DNA of 42,641 nucleotides from Hausera hauseri (Eukaryota): NCBI GenBank assembly GCA_046269625.1, contig JBJURY010444355.1, positions 1 to 42,641 of the forward strand, read 5' to 3'. Shown piece by piece: positions 41,533 to 42,641 of this stretch (position 1 is its first letter; each line of letters starts with the position of its first letter). The notes under the pieces were generated by a model. It saw only the letters and a program-made list of their open reading frames with translations, ran no database searches and was not told where the DNA came from. The position numbers and the translations under genes were made by a program.

Positions 41533-41572
41533 GGTTTACGCAAAATACTGGAACCCAGCCCGGAAAAATTCT

Positions 41573-41581
41573 TGCTAGAAT
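41573..41581 (+). promoter_or_regulatory. Putative extended -10 element for the bcp-slyD transcript
   Basis: TGCTAGAAT, 40 nt upstream of the ATG. Confidence 0.4.
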
Positions 41582-41621
41582 GCCTCCATAATAACTTTGG
41601 AAATATCATCACCCTTGCATC

Positions 41622-42086
41622 ATGATCCAGATTGGAAAACTAGCCCCTGATTTTTCCTTATCCGACCCAGACATGGAAGTTGTGACCTTGTCGAAACTGA
41701 AAGGGTCTGTTGTTATAGTTTACTTTTACCCGAAAGACGATACGCCGAGCTGCACTACCCAAGCTATAGACTTCACTGACCTGGATGAAGAGTTTCAAAA
41801 GCTTGATGTCGTGGTACTCGGCATCAACAAGGATGATGCCATTTGTCATGCGCACTTCCGAGATAAGCATGGGCTAACGGTCACTCTGCTTTCCGATGCG
41901 GATGGCCGGGTTTGCAAAAGTTATGGGGTGCTGCAAGAAAGAGAACACAATGGTGTCAAACATTTGGGCATTGTTCGTAGTACGTTTGTAATAGACAGGC
42001 AAGGCATACTTCGCTTTATTTTTACCGATGTGATTGCCAAAGGGCATGCTACCGAACTATTGAAGCTGGTTAAGACACTATCATGA
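41622..42086 (+). CDS. bcp: BCP/PrxQ-type peroxiredoxin
   Basis: APDFSL, VYFYPKDDTPSCTTQAIDF (peroxidatic Cys), LLSDAD, GIVRSTFVID. Confidence 0.88.
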   Translation: MIQIGKLAPDFSLSDPDMEVVTLSKLKGSVVIVYFYPKDDTPSCTTQAIDFTDLDEEFQKLDVVVLGINKDDAICHAHFRDKHGLTVTLLSDADGRVCKSYGVLQEREHNGVKHLGIVRSTFVIDRQGILRFIFTDVIAKGHATELLKLVKTLS

Positions 42087-42568
42087 TGACAATCAAAAAG
42101 AATACTGTGGTTTCTATACTGTACGAACTGCGCGATACTGAAGGCCATCTACTTGAGAAAACTGATCACCCGGTCACTTACCTGCACGGCGGGTATGATG
42201 GTATTTTTCCCAAAGTTGAAGAAGCCCTGCATGAGAAGGAAATTGGCGACAGCGTGGAGCTCTTTCTGGAGCCGGAAGATGCTTTTGGAAATTATGACGA
42301 GGGGTTGATACAAATAGAGGATGTTGCTGACTTGCCGGTGGATGATCTGGAAGTTGGTATGCAGTTTGAGGGGGAAGACGGTACCGGGGATATCGTTCTT
42401 TATACCGTAACTGAAATTGCAGACGGGCAGGCCGTGATGGACGGTAATCACCCGTGGGCAGGCGAGCGGGTGCAGTTTCTCTGCACGGTTACCGATATTC
42501 GCCCTGCCACGGAAAACGAGATTGCACACGGCCATATTCATGATGAAACACACCATCACTACCACTAA
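42083..42568 (+). CDS. slyD: FKBP-type peptidyl-prolyl isomerase, SlyD-like
   Basis: VVSILYEL, YLHGG, LEPEDAFG, VGMQF, DGNHPWAG, IRPATENEIAHGHIH and a short His-rich tail. Confidence 0.88.
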   Translation: MMTIKKNTVVSILYELRDTEGHLLEKTDHPVTYLHGGYDGIFPKVEEALHEKEIGDSVELFLEPEDAFGNYDEGLIQIEDVADLPVDDLEVGMQFEGEDGTGDIVLYTVTEIADGQAVMDGNHPWAGERVQFLCTVTDIRPATENEIAHGHIHDETHHHYH

Positions 42569-42641
42569 GGACACGCTGAACAATTTAGCATTTCATTGAA
42601 GATAGCGCGATCAGAGTGTTTCTCATCGAAATTCACGCTAG

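Overview
Bacterial chromosomal window, probably a betaproteobacterium (inferred from gene content; not assignable further). The left 26.6 kb is a minus-strand tandem array of giant paralogous genes: a ~4483-aa ORF (13166-26617), a ~4104-aa ORF (565-12879), and the start of a further gene with a strong RBS and a Trp/Gly-rich N-terminus that runs off the left edge (109 to <1). The two complete giants share one layout: Trp-rich N-terminus with no signal peptide, about eight ~120-aa Gly/Asn/Asp beta-rich repeats, a LamG-like domain, a divergent helical region, a conserved multi-helix hydrophobic segment, and a C-terminus with degenerate RTX-like motifs. This suggests an uncharacterised MARTX/RTX-like toxin or adhesin family. 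Their 5' parts share a ~3.7-kb block that appears identical and is flanked by diverged sequence, consistent with gene conversion (or assembly collapse). The right 16 kb is mostly housekeeping: nagZ, an unusual VOC + YkuD (ElsL-like) fusion, rlmD, a PolB-like 3'-5' exonuclease, a ydbH-ynbE-ydbL-like operon, cysM, dsbB, a GreA/GreB-family gene, an ABC-F ATPase, guaB-guaA, an Ala/Pro-repeat lipoprotein, a BCP peroxiredoxin and a SlyD-like PPIase. No rRNA, tRNA, CRISPR array, integrase, transposase or type I secretion genes were recognised. All family calls come from motif recognition by eye, not database searches.
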